From Eledone cirrhosa (Eukaryota), in NCBI GenBank assembly GCA_964016885.1, contig OZ024751.1, positions 3,906,001-3,970,000 of the forward strand: DNA of 64,000 bases, given 5' to 3'. Both the position numbers and the translations under genes were made by a program. How positions within the stretch are numbered: the first letter of the stretch is position 1; each line of letters starts with the position of its first letter. Under the pieces are notes generated by a model, which was given only the letters and a program-made list of their open reading frames with translations, had not been told where the DNA came from and ran no database searches. Shown here piece by piece: positions 62,365 to 64,000 of this stretch.

Positions 62365-62892
62365 TACTACTAGTAGTATTAATGCAACCACTACTACCAC
62401 CACCACTACTACCATTACTACTACTACTACTACTACTACAACCACTACCACCACCACCCCACCACCACCACCACCACTACTACTACCACCACTACTACTA
62501 CTACAGAAACCATAGTTTATTAATTAGTTGATTGTGAAAGTAATTAATAATTAAGAATAAATTAGTGTTTGTTCAGTTCTCAACTCATTGGAAAAGATCA
62601 ATATATTTTGAACAGAATATAGTGTAGATGGTGGTGGAGGTGTTAGTGATGGTGTAGATGGTATTGGTGGTGGTGATAGTGGTGATGATGATGGTGTAGA
62701 TGTTAGTGGTAGTGTTGTTGGTGGTGATGATGGTGGTAGTGTTGTTGTTGGTGGTGGTGGTGTTGGTAGTGATATTGTTGTTGGTGGTGATGATGGTGGT
62801 AGTGTTGTTGGTGGTGGTGTTGGTAGTGATGTTGTTGTTGGTGGTGATGCTGGTGGTGATGGTGGTGATGCTGGTGGTGATGGTGGTGTTAG
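62365..62892. repeat. (ACC/ACT)n tract followed by complementary (GGT/GTT/GAT)n tract
   Basis: 62365-62505 and ~62622-62892. Confidence 0.85.
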
Positions 62893-62959
62893 TAATTATA
62901 GTCAAAGGGCGGAGGAACTCAAGAGAGTCAACAGCTCCAATAAAGTATATATTTTTTTG

Positions 62960-63150
62960 TTGAGCGAGAGACTCCTAGTCTTCATTAAGACATCTCTCCA
63001 GGAGAAGGTCATTCTCATATAAAACCTGCAACTTCATTTGCATCCAATGATGTAGACTAGTTCTTCTTTTTGGATAAATGCATTCGATGTTCAGAGAGTG
63101 GGATTGGACCCGTGCAAAGCCTTTCCTCACTTAAAAAAAGCTTCAAGTAC
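62960..63150 (+). mobile_element. Interspersed repeat, related copy at 63780-64000
   Basis: Shared AGGAGAAGG, ATATAAAACCTGC, TCAGAGAGTGGGATTGG, CTTTCCTCACTT. Confidence 0.6.
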
Positions 63151-63296
63151 AGGTATCGCTTAATATGTTACAATTTTTATGATGTATGGTATTGCTGGCC
63201 ATAGGCAAGTCCCTAGCAGGACTAAAAATACCACGGCCATGATGCTCATGCTTAATTATCAAGCGATAGCATTACTCAAAATTGAGTTGTAGCCAT

Positions 63297-63775
63297 CATG
63301 TATATATGTATGTATGAATGTGTGTGTGTGTATGTGTCTGTACATGTTGCACTGTGTGTCTATATGTGTACATGTGTGCATGTATGTGTGCATGTGTGCA
63401 GCTATGTATGTGTATGCAGCTGTGTATGTGTAACTGTGTATGTGTGTATAGCTGTCTATGTGTGTGTAGCTGTCTATGTGTGTGTAGCTGTGTATGCATG
63501 TGTAGCTGTGTATGCAGCTGTACGTTACTCTGTATGTGTATGTATGTATATAGCTCTATATATATATGTAGCTCTGTGTGTGTGTAGCTGCATATTTGTG
63601 TGTAACTTTCTATGTGTGTATGTAACTGTGTATGCTTATGCAGCTCGGTATGTGTGTGTAGCTGTGTATGTAGCTGTGTATGTGTATGTAACTGTGATTG
63701 TGTATGTAGCTGTGTATATGTATGTAGCTGTGTATGTGTGTGTAGCTGTGTATGTGTATGTGTATATACACATAT
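63297..63775. repeat. (TG)n/(TGTAGC) low-complexity repeat
   Basis: Directly visible. Confidence 0.9.
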
Positions 63776-64000
63776 ACTGCTCCGTTAACCCACTGGGAGT
63801 GAAGGACCCCCTAGCCTTTGTCAGGGCATTCTTCTAGGAGAAGGGAACTCAGGAAACTGGGATAACTCCAATATAAAACCTGCGACTCAGTAGTTACCGA
63901 TGATGTTGATCTTTTCTTCTTTTCGGGTTATAGCTACTGTCTCTCAGAGAGTGGGATTGGCTCAGTGCACAGTCTTTCCTCACTTCAAAAAATATCTTCA

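Overview
AT-rich, repeat-dominated eukaryotic (animal) DNA. The SINE/RTE/Helitron/microsatellite complement resembles an octopod cephalopod genome (inference). One host gene is supported: a minus-strand STARD10/PCTP-like START-domain gene with five phase-compatible GT-AG coding exons (23345-23201, 21615-21512, 3569-3452, 2873-2821, 1495-1286). I could not find its N-terminal exon in the window, implying an upstream intron of more than 40 kb. The introns hold at least seven Helitrons (three with decayed Rep/helicase), a near-intact RTE LINE (APE + RT + PHD-like finger, one frameshift), CR1/L2-group LINE remnants, tRNA-type SINEs, TTAA-flanked MITEs and a ~23 kb (TAGTA/CAGTA)n satellite domain used as a TE landing pad. 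Most notable observations: a Penelope-type minimal hammerhead ribozyme; an inverted block in the satellite and many other inverted repeats that would make long dsRNA in the pre-mRNA; Helitrons sharing termini but with different Rep interiors; and atypical flanking duplications around a Helitron and a MITE. No CRISPR, rRNA, genuine tRNA gene or prokaryotic system was seen. I cannot establish a new biological system from sequence alone; the findings are hypotheses.
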